Below are positions 1-9,685 of a DNA stretch of 46,056 nt, piece by piece (the first letter of the stretch is position 1; each line of letters begins with the position of its first letter). A program made the translations under genes and the position numbers. The stretch spans positions 1-46,056 of the IMG/VR virus record IMGVR_UViG_3300038315_001610. The stretch is one strand, 5' to 3'. The DNA is from a virus. Taxonomy: Duplodnaviria; Caudoviricetes. The notes beneath the pieces were generated by a model, which was not told the DNA's origin, did no database searches, and saw only the letters and a list, made by a program, of their open reading frames with translations.

Positions 1-98
1 AGAGTTGGAGGAGATGCTGGAAAGCAAAATGGGGTGCTCAGACTTTCAATAGCTTGTTAATTAATCACTTTTATTCCCATCCTTAATCGACTACCCTG
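1..98. repeat. Terminal direct repeat, left copy (circular-assembly overlap)
   Basis: nt 1-98 are identical to 45957-46054; position 99 mismatches and position 100 matches. Confidence 0.95.
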
Positions 99-124
99 AG
101 CACAACTCCCCTACCCTCTCCGCT

Positions 125-2173
125 ATGCCGATATATTCGACAGAATATTCTGTTCCAGTTGTGCCACAAGAGGCTTTTAAGAATAAATACCAGACATCCG
201 AAGAAGCGACCAAGAAAGTAACCACTTGGAATCCAACGGATAAGGAAGCTGAACGAAAGGGTATGATAGACAAGAGGATCGAGGATGAGATGATTGTCCA
301 CCGATTCCCTCACGAGCAGAAGTGGAGAAGGAATATTGAAAGATTCATGGGGCAGGTCTATGATGACCAAAAGAGTCCAAAGCGTTCTAGGGTTGTGACC
401 AAGGACGTTTTTGTTTACATTGATGCCAAGCTGGCAGAGAAGACAAGGTCTATGCCAAGGTATATAATCACACCAGTTGAACCAAATGATTCTTGGAAGG
501 CATGGGTGATGGAGCAGTCGAGGAATCATGCTGAGTCCACGATGGGATACCATGGCAAATACCACAGATGGGTGTTCCACAAGCTGTTGTTTGGCGTGGG
601 GATCATGCGCATTGGGCACAAACTGACATATAAGACCATCCGACTGGAGGCATCTGCAAACAGCGAAGACGGTGTAGAGGTGCGTGTGCCCGATTACGAC
701 GATTTGTTCTGTTACAATGTTTCCCCCTTCAAGTTCCTCGTCGATCCAAATGCGCTATCCCTGGACGATGCAGAGGACTGTGCTGAATTCAGGCTGGTTA
801 ACTGGAATGAGTTCCAGGACGATTACCACATGTCCCCATGGTATAAGAACACAGAGCATGTCATGCCAGGAGTGTGGCATTCTCTCGATCCAACGTTCCA
901 GAGACAGGCAAACATGGCTCCAACAGATCAGGTGCTTATCGTGGAGTACTTCAACAAGCGCAGAGACATGTGGGTAACGTACGCAAATGGAGTGGAAATC
1001 AGGTATTCCCCACTTCCAGATCAGCACAAACAACTTCCTTACGCAGATCTCCACAACAAACCGAACTTCGGAAGCACAGTTGGAAGGATCCAGACGGGAG
1101 AGTCCGAGTATATCTCGGTTGCAACAGAGGAGACGTTCTGGTCGCAGGGAGATGCGGATATCATTGGACAGGAACAAGACCAGAAGACCGCATTCCGCAG
1201 GGCACACTTGGATGGAGCGAAGAGAGCAAACACGAACATTATTGCCACCGATGGATTTGTCCTTGATTCCACAATGACAGACTGGTACCAGGGTACTCCA
1301 GTGGTTGGAGGAATGAACAGAATACAGGTGATGCCACTGGGAAGAACCGATCCAAGCTACGTACAGGTAGTGCAGGAGTTACAACAGGACATGACCAAAG
1401 AGGTTGGCGTGAATCCAGATGTCCTAATCAGCGAGAAGAAGCAGACTGCAACCCAAAGCGCAATCGAGAGGGAGTCGATGCTTACAAGGGTGCAGAGCGA
1501 CAACATAGTAGACGAGAACACAGGCATACGCAGACTTGGATTGCTCATGTCCAAGTTGATTGTGGAGAACTATCGCAAGAAACAACTGACCAGAATTACT
1601 GGAAATGAGAATATAGAAGAGTTCGAACAGGTGATACCAGATGCAAATGGAGAACCGCTGTATGGAGCACGAGACAGGCGCATTGTTTCCGAGCACAAGA
1701 TAAGAGAGATCACGACAAGCGATGGCAAATACGAGATAACGTTCAAGGATGGCAACAGCAACAGCTTCGCCATGCGACCAAATTATGTGATGTCCAGTCT
1801 GGGCTTTGACGTGCGAGTGGAACCAGAGTCCACTGTTGCGCCTTCCCGAGAACTGGAGAAGGCAAAGGCGATGGAGGCTATGCGGTTGGCTGCAGAGCTG
1901 ATGGCATATGTACAGCAGGGATTCTTGGCACCAGAAGATGTGCCAAATGTGAAGTATCTATCCAAGAGGTGGATGATGGCGATGGGCTACGATCTGCAGG
2001 AGGCGATGGGCAACCAGCAAGCACCGCAGGTTGGACAGGGTGTGCAGAACACAGTAGATACTGTCAACCAGTTCCGTGCAGGCAAGATGAGTGGCGGTGG
2101 CGGAGTGGGTGCGGGAGCAGGAGAAGGCGCACAGCAAATGGCAAGACAGTTGACATCAGCCATGGCCCCTTAG
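125..2173 (+). CDS. Portal protein (P22/podovirus-like)
   Basis: 682 aa; follows TerL across the join and precedes head genes; portal-like motifs (VSPFKFLVDPNA, VEYFNK, KQTATQSAIE) and a Gln/Gly-rich tail. Confidence 0.8.
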   Translation: MPIYSTEYSVPVVPQEAFKNKYQTSEEATKKVTTWNPTDKEAERKGMIDKRIEDEMIVHRFPHEQKWRRNIERFMGQVYDDQKSPKRSRVVTKDVFVYIDAKLAEKTRSMPRYIITPVEPNDSWKAWVMEQSRNHAESTMGYHGKYHRWVFHKLLFGVGIMRIGHKLTYKTIRLEASANSEDGVEVRVPDYDDLFCYNVSPFKFLVDPNALSLDDAEDCAEFRLVNWNEFQDDYHMSPWYKNTEHVMPGVWHSLDPTFQRQANMAPTDQVLIVEYFNKRRDMWVTYANGVEIRYSPLPDQHKQLPYADLHNKPNFGSTVGRIQTGESEYISVATEETFWSQGDADIIGQEQDQKTAFRRAHLDGAKRANTNIIATDGFVLDSTMTDWYQGTPVVGGMNRIQVMPLGRTDPSYVQVVQELQQDMTKEVGVNPDVLISEKKQTATQSAIERESMLTRVQSDNIVDENTGIRRLGLLMSKLIVENYRKKQLTRITGNENIEEFEQVIPDANGEPLYGARDRRIVSEHKIREITTSDGKYEITFKDGNSNSFAMRPNYVMSSLGFDVRVEPESTVAPSRELEKAKAMEAMRLAAELMAYVQQGFLAPEDVPNVKYLSKRWMMAMGYDLQEAMGNQQAPQVGQGVQNTVDTVNQFRAGKMSGGGGVGAGAGEGAQQMARQLTSAMAP

Positions 2174-2201
2174 TTCTTTCTATCATTTTCCCCCAATTTA
2201 T

Positions 2202-2522
2202 ATGCCAGTAACACTGGAGCCATTCGGCGACTTCATAATCCTGGAACCTGTGGAAGAGTCTGCACTCACTGAGATGGGACTCATCATTCCGGACAATGAA
2301 GCAAAACAAAAACCAAAAGTCGGTATCGTAAAAGCAGTTGGACCAGATGTCACAAGATGTGAGGCAGGAAACAAGGTGGTTTTCTCTCCGTTCACTGGCG
2401 AGAAGCTGGGCATGCAGGTCTCCCCAACTGATTATCGTGAGTACCATGTTCTCCGTGAGGATGCTTTAATTGCTAACTACCAAGAAACCCCAGATGCTGA
2501 AACTCGTAAAAAGGCTAAATGA
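2202..2522 (+). CDS. groES: Co-chaperonin GroES (Cpn10)
   Basis: LEPFGDFIILEP, mobile loop GLIIPD, KPKVGIVKAVGP, VLREDALIA. Confidence 0.9.
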   Translation: MPVTLEPFGDFIILEPVEESALTEMGLIIPDNEAKQKPKVGIVKAVGPDVTRCEAGNKVVFSPFTGEKLGMQVSPTDYREYHVLREDALIANYQETPDAETRKKAK

Positions 2523-2856
2523 ACGCCTTTACAATCACTGGCATAACTATTCCCCAGCACTCAAAGAAGACGAGCAGTTGACAGATGAAGAGTGTGATGG
2601 ATTGCAGGCAATTGTCGAGGCTCGTGGCTGGGATGCTCTAATCAAGGTAAAAGACAATGTGAACAAGATGCGCAATCGTAATGCCATCAGCATGTGCGAT
2701 GGTAGATCCCTCGTTGAATTTAAGAAAATGGAAGCGTTGGACGATCTCTTTGTTGTGGTAGATCACTTGGTGGATGCACACCGAGAAAGAACCAAACCTG
2801 TTGAGGATGAAGACAAAGAAACGCCACGTAAAATGCATGACTATGTTCCTCGATGA
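2494..2856 (+). CDS. Hypothetical protein (small helical portal-adjacent protein)
   Basis: ORF track 2470-2856; first ATG at 2494; position between portal and scaffold is typical. Confidence 0.6.
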   Translation: MLKLVKRLNERLYNHWHNYSPALKEDEQLTDEECDGLQAIVEARGWDALIKVKDNVNKMRNRNAISMCDGRSLVEFKKMEALDDLFVVVDHLVDAHRERTKPVEDEDKETPRKMHDYVPR

Positions 2857-3112
2857 GATTACACCAGAAGAACTTGGCTTTTCCGAAGAAGAATGGGACA
2901 GCATGTCCGTATTCGACCGCAGAGTGTGCGTGGCATTCTTCGTTAGGAGGACTCCAATTGCAACAAGCAGGGCATTAGGATTGAAAGATTCAAGTTTCTC
3001 CACAGTGCGCAGGAAAATAGTGGACTTGGAACTTGTTAAAAGATTTACGCAATTGCGTATAGATCAGCAAGAAGTGCCTGCACCCCAAGAGAGTTGTGCA
3101 CACAAACAATAA
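2837..3112 (+). CDS. Hypothetical protein, possible HTH
   Basis: Overlaps the previous stop; TSRALGLKDSSFSTVRRKI resembles an HTH. Confidence 0.45.
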   Translation: MTMFLDEITPEELGFSEEEWDSMSVFDRRVCVAFFVRRTPIATSRALGLKDSSFSTVRRKIVDLELVKRFTQLRIDQQEVPAPQESCAHKQ

Positions 3113-3240
3113 CAACCATATTGAGCTTACCTTTTCTGTTCCTTGAAACTATAGGCATTGGTTGGATGGCTGTGCGTTGCAGATGCCAAGATCGTCTGCA
3201 ATCCCTAGCCATCTGGCTACACTTCTTTCCCCATAATTAT

Positions 3241-4053
3241 ATGACTACTTCAACACAAGTTGGATCAGCACAGGCAGCGTCTGCAAAGGCAGCTGGTGAC
3301 AGTGCTGGCAGCAGCGATGCTGGACAATCCGAGTTCTCTTCGGATATCATCCCTGAAGGTGGTGCGACTGCCAAGCAGAGATCTGCTGAGGCTCCAGGCG
3401 CAGGACAACCTGCGATCCCAGGAGAAAAAACAGTCTTTGAGCAAGGTGCTCAACCGCCTGAAGAAACAAAAGAGGGCACAGCTAAAGAAGGCGCAGAAGC
3501 TCCTTCTAAATCTGAAGTTAACCAGCAAGCCAAAGGCGAGCGACAAGAGCAGGCTGGTTGGCAGCAAGTACAAGAATCCCTTACTTCCATTAACGACAGA
3601 CTCGATGGACTTGAGTCTGGCAAGGAGGAAGGGAAGAAAGAAACGAAGACAGAAGGCGGTAAAGAGCAAGCTCCTGCAGAGGCAGGGGATCTTGCCAATG
3701 TTGTCGCCGAAGCTCTCGAGCCTGTCGCTGCCGAACTGGAGAAAACACAATTCCAGCAGGCTCACCCCGATGTGCTGCTTCCGGAAAATCAGGAAGCATG
3801 GACAGCTGTTAATTCAGATCCCAAGTTCGACAAATTCTCTTTGCAAGAGAGATATGACCATATCATGAACAAGGAGAACAAAGCGAACCTCAGTGCTATG
3901 CAAGACCAACTCTCGAAAGCCGAAGGCTCTATGCCAGGAGGCTCTGGTTCTGGCAGTGCACCAAAAGGAGGTAATCCTAAGGTGGACGCAGACACAATTG
4001 AAGTTGGGAAAGCATTTGGTTTCACTCAAAAGGAATTGGAAGAGGAACTTTAG
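3241..4053 (+). CDS. Probable capsid scaffolding protein
   Basis: Acidic and low-complexity with coiled coils; C-terminal helix GKAFGFTQKELEEEL; upstream of capsid genes; ATG 3241 follows the TTCCCC motif. Confidence 0.7.
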   Translation: MTTSTQVGSAQAASAKAAGDSAGSSDAGQSEFSSDIIPEGGATAKQRSAEAPGAGQPAIPGEKTVFEQGAQPPEETKEGTAKEGAEAPSKSEVNQQAKGERQEQAGWQQVQESLTSINDRLDGLESGKEEGKKETKTEGGKEQAPAEAGDLANVVAEALEPVAAELEKTQFQQAHPDVLLPENQEAWTAVNSDPKFDKFSLQERYDHIMNKENKANLSAMQDQLSKAEGSMPGGSGSGSAPKGGNPKVDADTIEVGKAFGFTQKELEEEL

Positions 4054-4072
4054 ATAATTCCCAATCAATCGC

Positions 4073-4525
4073 ATGCCTAATTTCGTACTCGAAAGACCAT
4101 CCCCATTGCTAATGCATGTGGACTGGTCGAAGACTGCAAGCACTGCTTTTGCAGCAGGGCAGCTTGTTGAGGCAGACTCAGATAATTCTGGTGTCGGCTT
4201 TGACGCTGCTGACGCAACAAGCACAAAACACATTGGGATTGTACAGCAAACCATCGCCTCCGCAGATAGCGATTATGCTTCTGCCACGAGGCTTTCGCTG
4301 GAAGTAGACCTTATGGGTCTATATAAAGCAGAGGTCGGCACAGGAACTCCAACTGCCAACTACGAAGGCTACCCATGTGACTTAAATGCCAGTGGGCTGG
4401 TTAACGTTAGTGCCTCCGCAGTGGATGTGTTCTTGATCAACCGCAACTTAGGTCTCGGTGTTGATGGTTCGACGTACTTTGTCCTTGGATTTATTATCAA
4501 ATGGGCATACGTTAATCCTAACTAG
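4073..4525 (+). CDS. Probable capsid decoration/cement protein
   Basis: 150 aa, small-residue beta-rich, between scaffold and MCP. Confidence 0.6.
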   Translation: MPNFVLERPSPLLMHVDWSKTASTAFAAGQLVEADSDNSGVGFDAADATSTKHIGIVQQTIASADSDYASATRLSLEVDLMGLYKAEVGTGTPTANYEGYPCDLNASGLVNVSASAVDVFLINRNLGLGVDGSTYFVLGFIIKWAYVNPN

Positions 4526-4557
4526 ACCCTCTTATTTAATTCCTTCTCTTTGTTACC

Positions 4558-5535
4558 ATGGCTGTACAAACCACAGTATTAGAACCAGGAGCAGCTCTAA
4601 CGAAAAACGCTTTCGTGGCATGGAAGCGTGGTTTTCGGTCTGTTCCTGCAGCTGGGCGACTTGTATTCACAGTCTCAAGTGTGCAATACAAAACGTCCGA
4701 GCATGATAATATAGACTATTCTCCGATTGCGGATGAGACAGCAGAAGGCACAAACTATTCTGCCAGCAATCCAACGAAGGGAGATGCCTTGAATCTCACA
4801 CAAGGTAAAGTCACCTCATCTTTTGAGATTACTCAGGAGATGCTTAAATTCGATCGATATAGCATGATGCGTGCACTAAGAGGCATGATGAAACTCGGTC
4901 GAGCATGCCCAGAAAGAATGGAGCTTGATCTCCAACTCTTCCTGTTGTCAATGGGCTTCGGTTCAAGCTACACTGACAAAAACGGTAATTCTGTCGCAAC
5001 CACGACAGCAGATGGTGTTGCTGTTTACAATAACTCCCACACCGTAAATGGAACCAGCACTACTTACGATAACCTTGGCTCAACAGCGTTTGGCCAGACA
5101 GGACTTGAGGGAACTCAAGATCTTGCAAGATCATTCATTGACCAGCAAGGGAATATCGTCTATGTTGTGTTTGATTCCATCTTCACCACTTCTAAGAACC
5201 AGCTTGTTAATCTTGTCTGGGAGTATATGAATGGTGTGAACCACATTGAAGATGCAAACCGAGGTCCGAACTCCCAAAGGCGTTACGGCTATGAGCACAT
5301 AATCTTCCACAAGGGAGATTTCACTGCTCAGTCTGCTCGTGACAGCTCCAAGGATGACTACTGGGGAATGTATTCTTCAGAGAACCGTGAGCACGGTATC
5401 CTCGAGGTTTCTGGTAATCCTCGAATGGTAGATGCTGGAGTAATCCAGAGAAACCAGAATGTTCTTATGTTGACTGACTGCTTCTACGCATACGGTGTAC
5501 TGGGTGCGCAATGGATCGCAGCTAACAACGCTTAA
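4558..5535 (+). CDS. Major capsid protein (HK97 fold)
   Basis: 325 aa; E-loop-like TAEGTNY, FEITQEMLKFDRY, and C-terminal FYAYGVLG; position in head module. Confidence 0.8.
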   Translation: MAVQTTVLEPGAALTKNAFVAWKRGFRSVPAAGRLVFTVSSVQYKTSEHDNIDYSPIADETAEGTNYSASNPTKGDALNLTQGKVTSSFEITQEMLKFDRYSMMRALRGMMKLGRACPERMELDLQLFLLSMGFGSSYTDKNGNSVATTTADGVAVYNNSHTVNGTSTTYDNLGSTAFGQTGLEGTQDLARSFIDQQGNIVYVVFDSIFTTSKNQLVNLVWEYMNGVNHIEDANRGPNSQRRYGYEHIIFHKGDFTAQSARDSSKDDYWGMYSSENREHGILEVSGNPRMVDAGVIQRNQNVLMLTDCFYAYGVLGAQWIAANNA

Positions 5536-5554
5536 TTCTTTCCCCAGATAAATT

Positions 5555-6184
5555 ATGGCTTCAAATCTAAAAAATAGGCTGGAGAACTTCGTTATAGCAG
5601 CCTTAGGGACAACAGTCGTGCTGGGGTCATATATAGCTTGGTTTCAAGGTGATGTCCGCATCACTGGCGATGCTGTTGTTGGCGGTAGTGTTGTCCAGAG
5701 TGGAGGCTTGCTTCCTATCACTGGATCTTTGACATTAACGCCATCAGATGGAAGCGGAGGCATACTGTCCGTGCAAAATTCGATCGCTAGAGATCTAATC
5801 TGCAACAGTGTTGTTTTGGACGTAACCACTTCTCCAACCTCAGATACGTATATGGATGTTGGGACAGCTTCTGGTGCAGCCACTCAGGCTAATCTTGGAG
5901 CATGCGGAGGTCTTGCAATTGGACAATGTGGATCAGGAAGTAATATAGCAAACAACCTGTTCCTGAGCGCAGGCTCTGCGACTGGTGTTTACACACTTTC
6001 TGGCTCCGCATTGTATAACACTGTTGCCCAATCACCATTGGGTGCGAGTGGATCCTACGCAAAGAGCTTCAAACTTAATGCAACAGATGGCGTCACGGAT
6101 TACATTAATTTCGTGGCGACACGCTCTCAAAGCGGTTCAGGATTGGCAGGCAGATACTACTTCTATTGTATCAACGCCCAATAA
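5555..6184 (+). CDS. Virion-associated protein with N-terminal hydrophobic helix
   Basis: FVIAALGTTVVLGSYIAWF followed by a G/S/T-rich beta domain; immediately after MCP. Confidence 0.6.
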   Translation: MASNLKNRLENFVIAALGTTVVLGSYIAWFQGDVRITGDAVVGGSVVQSGGLLPITGSLTLTPSDGSGGILSVQNSIARDLICNSVVLDVTTSPTSDTYMDVGTASGAATQANLGACGGLAIGQCGSGSNIANNLFLSAGSATGVYTLSGSALYNTVAQSPLGASGSYAKSFKLNATDGVTDYINFVATRSQSGSGLAGRYYFYCINAQ

Positions 6185-6216
6185 CGCCTTGATTATTTTA
6201 TTCCCCCTAGTTAGAT

Positions 6217-6807
6217 ATGGCTAAACAAGCTGAAAGGGCAGCAAGACCCAATACCGCTGAATTAGTTCGGCAGGGTCGACTGACCTATAACAAGACACGT
6301 GGTCTTGATCCCAATCCAAATCCGGACATTGGGCATAACATGGATCCGGAAACAGGGATGCGCTATGGACTAACTCCTGAGAAATACCACAGGCTGGTGC
6401 TCAAGAGTGAAAAACAGCGCAAACTCAATAAGGAATGGGACTTCGTGCCAGAACTCGAAGATGCTGAGTGGGATGTTTATGTTGGCTGGCTGAAAGCAGG
6501 CGGTCCACAGAAGATGCGAGCAGAAGGAAAAGAATCTGTTCGTTCTCAACTGCGGGACGCTGCTGCCATGGCAAAGAAATTTGATGCCGAAGGCGCAGCA
6601 CAGTTAGCAAGCATTCCAGCAGCAGCCCCAGCCCAAGCAGCAGATGCTGACGAGGCTGTGGAATCTCAGGTAGAAACTGAAACTGAAGAGATAGCAGAAG
6701 ACATTGACGCAGAAGAATACGAACCAATTTCAGAAGAAGACGATAGCGAACCTGAGGTAGTTTCTGCCAAGCCGAAAGGTCGTGGCAGAGGCAAGAAGAA
6801 GAAATAG
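6217..6807 (+). CDS. Hypothetical protein with acidic tail and basic C-terminus
   Basis: 196-aa ORF with a TTCCCCC upstream motif. Confidence 0.7.
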   Translation: MAKQAERAARPNTAELVRQGRLTYNKTRGLDPNPNPDIGHNMDPETGMRYGLTPEKYHRLVLKSEKQRKLNKEWDFVPELEDAEWDVYVGWLKAGGPQKMRAEGKESVRSQLRDAAAMAKKFDAEGAAQLASIPAAAPAQAADADEAVESQVETETEEIAEDIDAEEYEPISEEDDSEPEVVSAKPKGRGRGKKKK

Positions 6808-6822
6808 TACCACTCAATCACA

Positions 6823-7686
6823 ATGTCAGGGCAGTCTCTAAATTATGTTACCGTCGGCGAAGCAATCGATGCAGCACTCGGCAAAACTGTCGGAGCAGCA
6901 AATCAACTTCCCACGGAACTACAGATGACTGCCCTGATACGTGAAATTAGCGACATTAACGCTGAGTTCTACGATCGTGGCGAAAAAGACATGAAAAAGA
7001 AATTCTGGTGGATGGAAGAGTTCCACAATTTCAACACTTATGCAGCAACAACCCTTGGTGCTGCTGCAGCTGCTAACGCAAGCGTCTTGACTCTCACTGA
7101 TGCTTCCAATTTCCCAGCAGGTGGAGGCAGGGCTTTCAAGCAACCATCTGGTGATGGGCATGTGGATTACTTCGACTTTGGAGCTTCAGATCAGTCAACA
7201 CAACTAACAACAGTAACAAACTTCCAACTTGCAGGAGTCTCAGGAGACAGGATCGAGCTGTTATATGCAACGCCAGCCGACTTCGGTGATGCAATAATAG
7301 TACATCTGGATCGTGTCCCCTATTACCACCAAGACCCCTTGCCCAACATGTTGCCCATTCGACCGTACTTTACGTTCAATGGTGCTTACATGCTGTTCCC
7401 GAGAGACACAGGAGCGCACAAAGGCACGCTGAGGTATTGGAAACAGGCAACCGACTTAACTACAAACGAAGACGATGCGGACAACAGGGCATTGTCGACC
7501 AATGTTCCAGACAAATACCGCAAATACCCGATCTTCCGTTTGGCAGCAGAGATTATGGTTGTCAAGAGAAGATTCGATTTAGTAGACAGATTTAATTTGG
7601 AAGCAGAGAAAGTTTACCAGAGGGCAATTCAAGCCGAGGTAAATGCTTCTGCTTCTCCTTACGATACCGTTGGACCATCATGGTAA
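6823..7686 (+). CDS. Probable head-tail adaptor
   Basis: Helical N and C termini (VPDKYRKYPIFRLAAEIM) flank a beta insert; position before the nozzle. Confidence 0.6.
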   Translation: MSGQSLNYVTVGEAIDAALGKTVGAANQLPTELQMTALIREISDINAEFYDRGEKDMKKKFWWMEEFHNFNTYAATTLGAAAAANASVLTLTDASNFPAGGGRAFKQPSGDGHVDYFDFGASDQSTQLTTVTNFQLAGVSGDRIELLYATPADFGDAIIVHLDRVPYYHQDPLPNMLPIRPYFTFNGAYMLFPRDTGAHKGTLRYWKQATDLTTNEDDADNRALSTNVPDKYRKYPIFRLAAEIMVVKRRFDLVDRFNLEAEKVYQRAIQAEVNASASPYDTVGPSW

Positions 7687-9683
7687 GAACTGCCACACCA
7701 GTGGAATACAAGAAAATATCTCTTAACTTCAAGGGGGGACTGGACATGACATCTGATCCACAGAATGTCAAAGATGATGTTGTTGTGATTTCTGAGAACA
7801 TGAGGATGTCAAGCAGGGGATTCTTATACACTCGCTACGGCATCGAATTGAAGACAGATTTCAGCACCAACAACGAGATAGAAGACATGGGTGTAAACCA
7901 CCAGAGAAATGTACTGTTTGCAAAATGCAACGCCACCATGTATGCTGGCGTCTCTGCAGATACGATGTACGATATAGGAGTGGTGAGAACTGCTGACACA
8001 GATGAAGTGTTGCACGATTTTGGAGATTACATGATTGCAACTAACGGAACAGATAATATGATAACATTTATCGTTGGTCTTGTCGGAACACAATTCATAG
8101 CCAGCGACACCACAATAGTTCTTGGTGCTGGGCATAACCAGAACTTCCGAACACCAAACACTGGCAATTGCACCGCCACCGCAGGAACAGATGTGATCGA
8201 TGCAGTTGGTCATGGATTGGTAAATGGGGACAGGGTTGCATTCTGGAGCGACGACACTCTTCCAGGAGGAATCTCTGAGTGGACAGAGTACTTTGTAATT
8301 AACAAGAACACCGATGATTTCCAGATCTCCACTACGTACGGTGGATCGGCTGTGGATATCACTGATGCTGGAACTGGCACACACTCCTTTACTGATGGCA
8401 TATGCTACTGCAAAGGAAAGATGTTTGTCTACACTGGCAAATCTGGCAACAATTTCACTGGCGCAAGAGTCCAGTCTGGCACTTACACTGTTGGATTGGC
8501 TGTCACCCAGAGCTTCGATCCCCTTTACGGAAAGAAGGGAACCTGCATGTATGATCTAGATGAGAAACTGTTGCTAGGGGGAGTTTCTGGTTATGAGGAT
8601 ATGTTGTATTACTCTGCGACATCTAGCGAAGCAAATCCAGAATATGTTGTAGACTTTACAGCTGGCGATGCATCTGGCAAGCGAATGCCATCTGCTATAA
8701 CTGCACTCATGAGCGGAAGCAAGACTGTCTTGATTGGCTTGAAGAAAGGCATCTATTATGCGCAGGGATTCAATGCAACCTCTGGTGCGCTGGAGAGCAA
8801 AAGAATAACAGACAACTTTGGTGTGCCGAATGCGCAATGCATCATATACATGGATCCGTACTACTTTGTGTTCACTGGCAAACGCATCTTGCAGATATAC
8901 GTGCAGGACGATGGCAGAGCACAGCTCATAGAACCAACACGTGAAAATGAATTTAGACCATTTGATCATCCAGTGCAGGGATTGCTTGCAAAATGTGACG
9001 CAGACCAGAGTGGAGCATTTGGCTACTATGATCCAAACACGAACCACATGATATGGAGCGTGGTTATAAATTCTATCAATCAGGAGGCGGTGTGGGATAA
9101 CAACAGCCACAAGTGGGTGAGCGTGGACAAAGGAAAGCCAGTTGCCTGCCGAGTGTCTTACAACAGCAGGACTTACAGTGGCGATGTTAACGCTGGGAAG
9201 ATTTATCTTGAGGATGAAGGGTTGGCAGATGATGGAATAACGATTGCCCACAGGGTGTTGACACGTGAATATGTTTATGATGACGAAAGGGCAACAATTG
9301 ATTTGACAGAGTTTTACCACGCTGGTTACTTAAGTGGTGCTGGAGATCTGAATTTGCATATCTATGCAAATGGAAAGAAGCAGAATACCATAAACATACA
9401 TGCGCTCGACAAGGAGAGTGGTGACGGATTAGTTACTCTGGGTCTTATGGATCTGGACAGTGGCACCCCTATTGGGGGAGGTGTCATCGGTGGCATCACT
9501 TTCTTGTCGAGCGGTGACGAAGAAGAAGTGTTTGATTATGATTATCCACTCGGATTGCTGGATAGTGCAACCACTTACCAATTCGAATTTGAAACAATTG
9601 AAGAAGGAACTCAATGGGCACTTCGGCAGTCCAAATTGATCGGAGAAACCACTGAGGAAAATGTTTCTGTACCCACTCAATAA
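7680..9683 (+). CDS. Probable tail nozzle/hub (P22 gp10-like) with inserted FCCH-like domain
   Basis: NFKGGLD..ENM start, beta-propeller-like body, GHGLVNGDRV..YFVI..FQISTT insert. Confidence 0.65.
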   Translation: MVRTATPVEYKKISLNFKGGLDMTSDPQNVKDDVVVISENMRMSSRGFLYTRYGIELKTDFSTNNEIEDMGVNHQRNVLFAKCNATMYAGVSADTMYDIGVVRTADTDEVLHDFGDYMIATNGTDNMITFIVGLVGTQFIASDTTIVLGAGHNQNFRTPNTGNCTATAGTDVIDAVGHGLVNGDRVAFWSDDTLPGGISEWTEYFVINKNTDDFQISTTYGGSAVDITDAGTGTHSFTDGICYCKGKMFVYTGKSGNNFTGARVQSGTYTVGLAVTQSFDPLYGKKGTCMYDLDEKLLLGGVSGYEDMLYYSATSSEANPEYVVDFTAGDASGKRMPSAITALMSGSKTVLIGLKKGIYYAQGFNATSGALESKRITDNFGVPNAQCIIYMDPYYFVFTGKRILQIYVQDDGRAQLIEPTRENEFRPFDHPVQGLLAKCDADQSGAFGYYDPNTNHMIWSVVINSINQEAVWDNNSHKWVSVDKGKPVACRVSYNSRTYSGDVNAGKIYLEDEGLADDGITIAHRVLTREYVYDDERATIDLTEFYHAGYLSGAGDLNLHIYANGKKQNTINIHALDKESGDGLVTLGLMDLDSGTPIGGGVIGGITFLSSGDEEEVFDYDYPLGLLDSATTYQFEFETIEEGTQWALRQSKLIGETTEENVSVPTQ

Positions 9684-9685
9684 TT

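Noticed and set aside
1-98. Biological terminal repeat or att site
   Set aside because: The ~100-nt overlap cuts through a CDS and is of assembler k-mer size, so it is most simply a circularity artefact.
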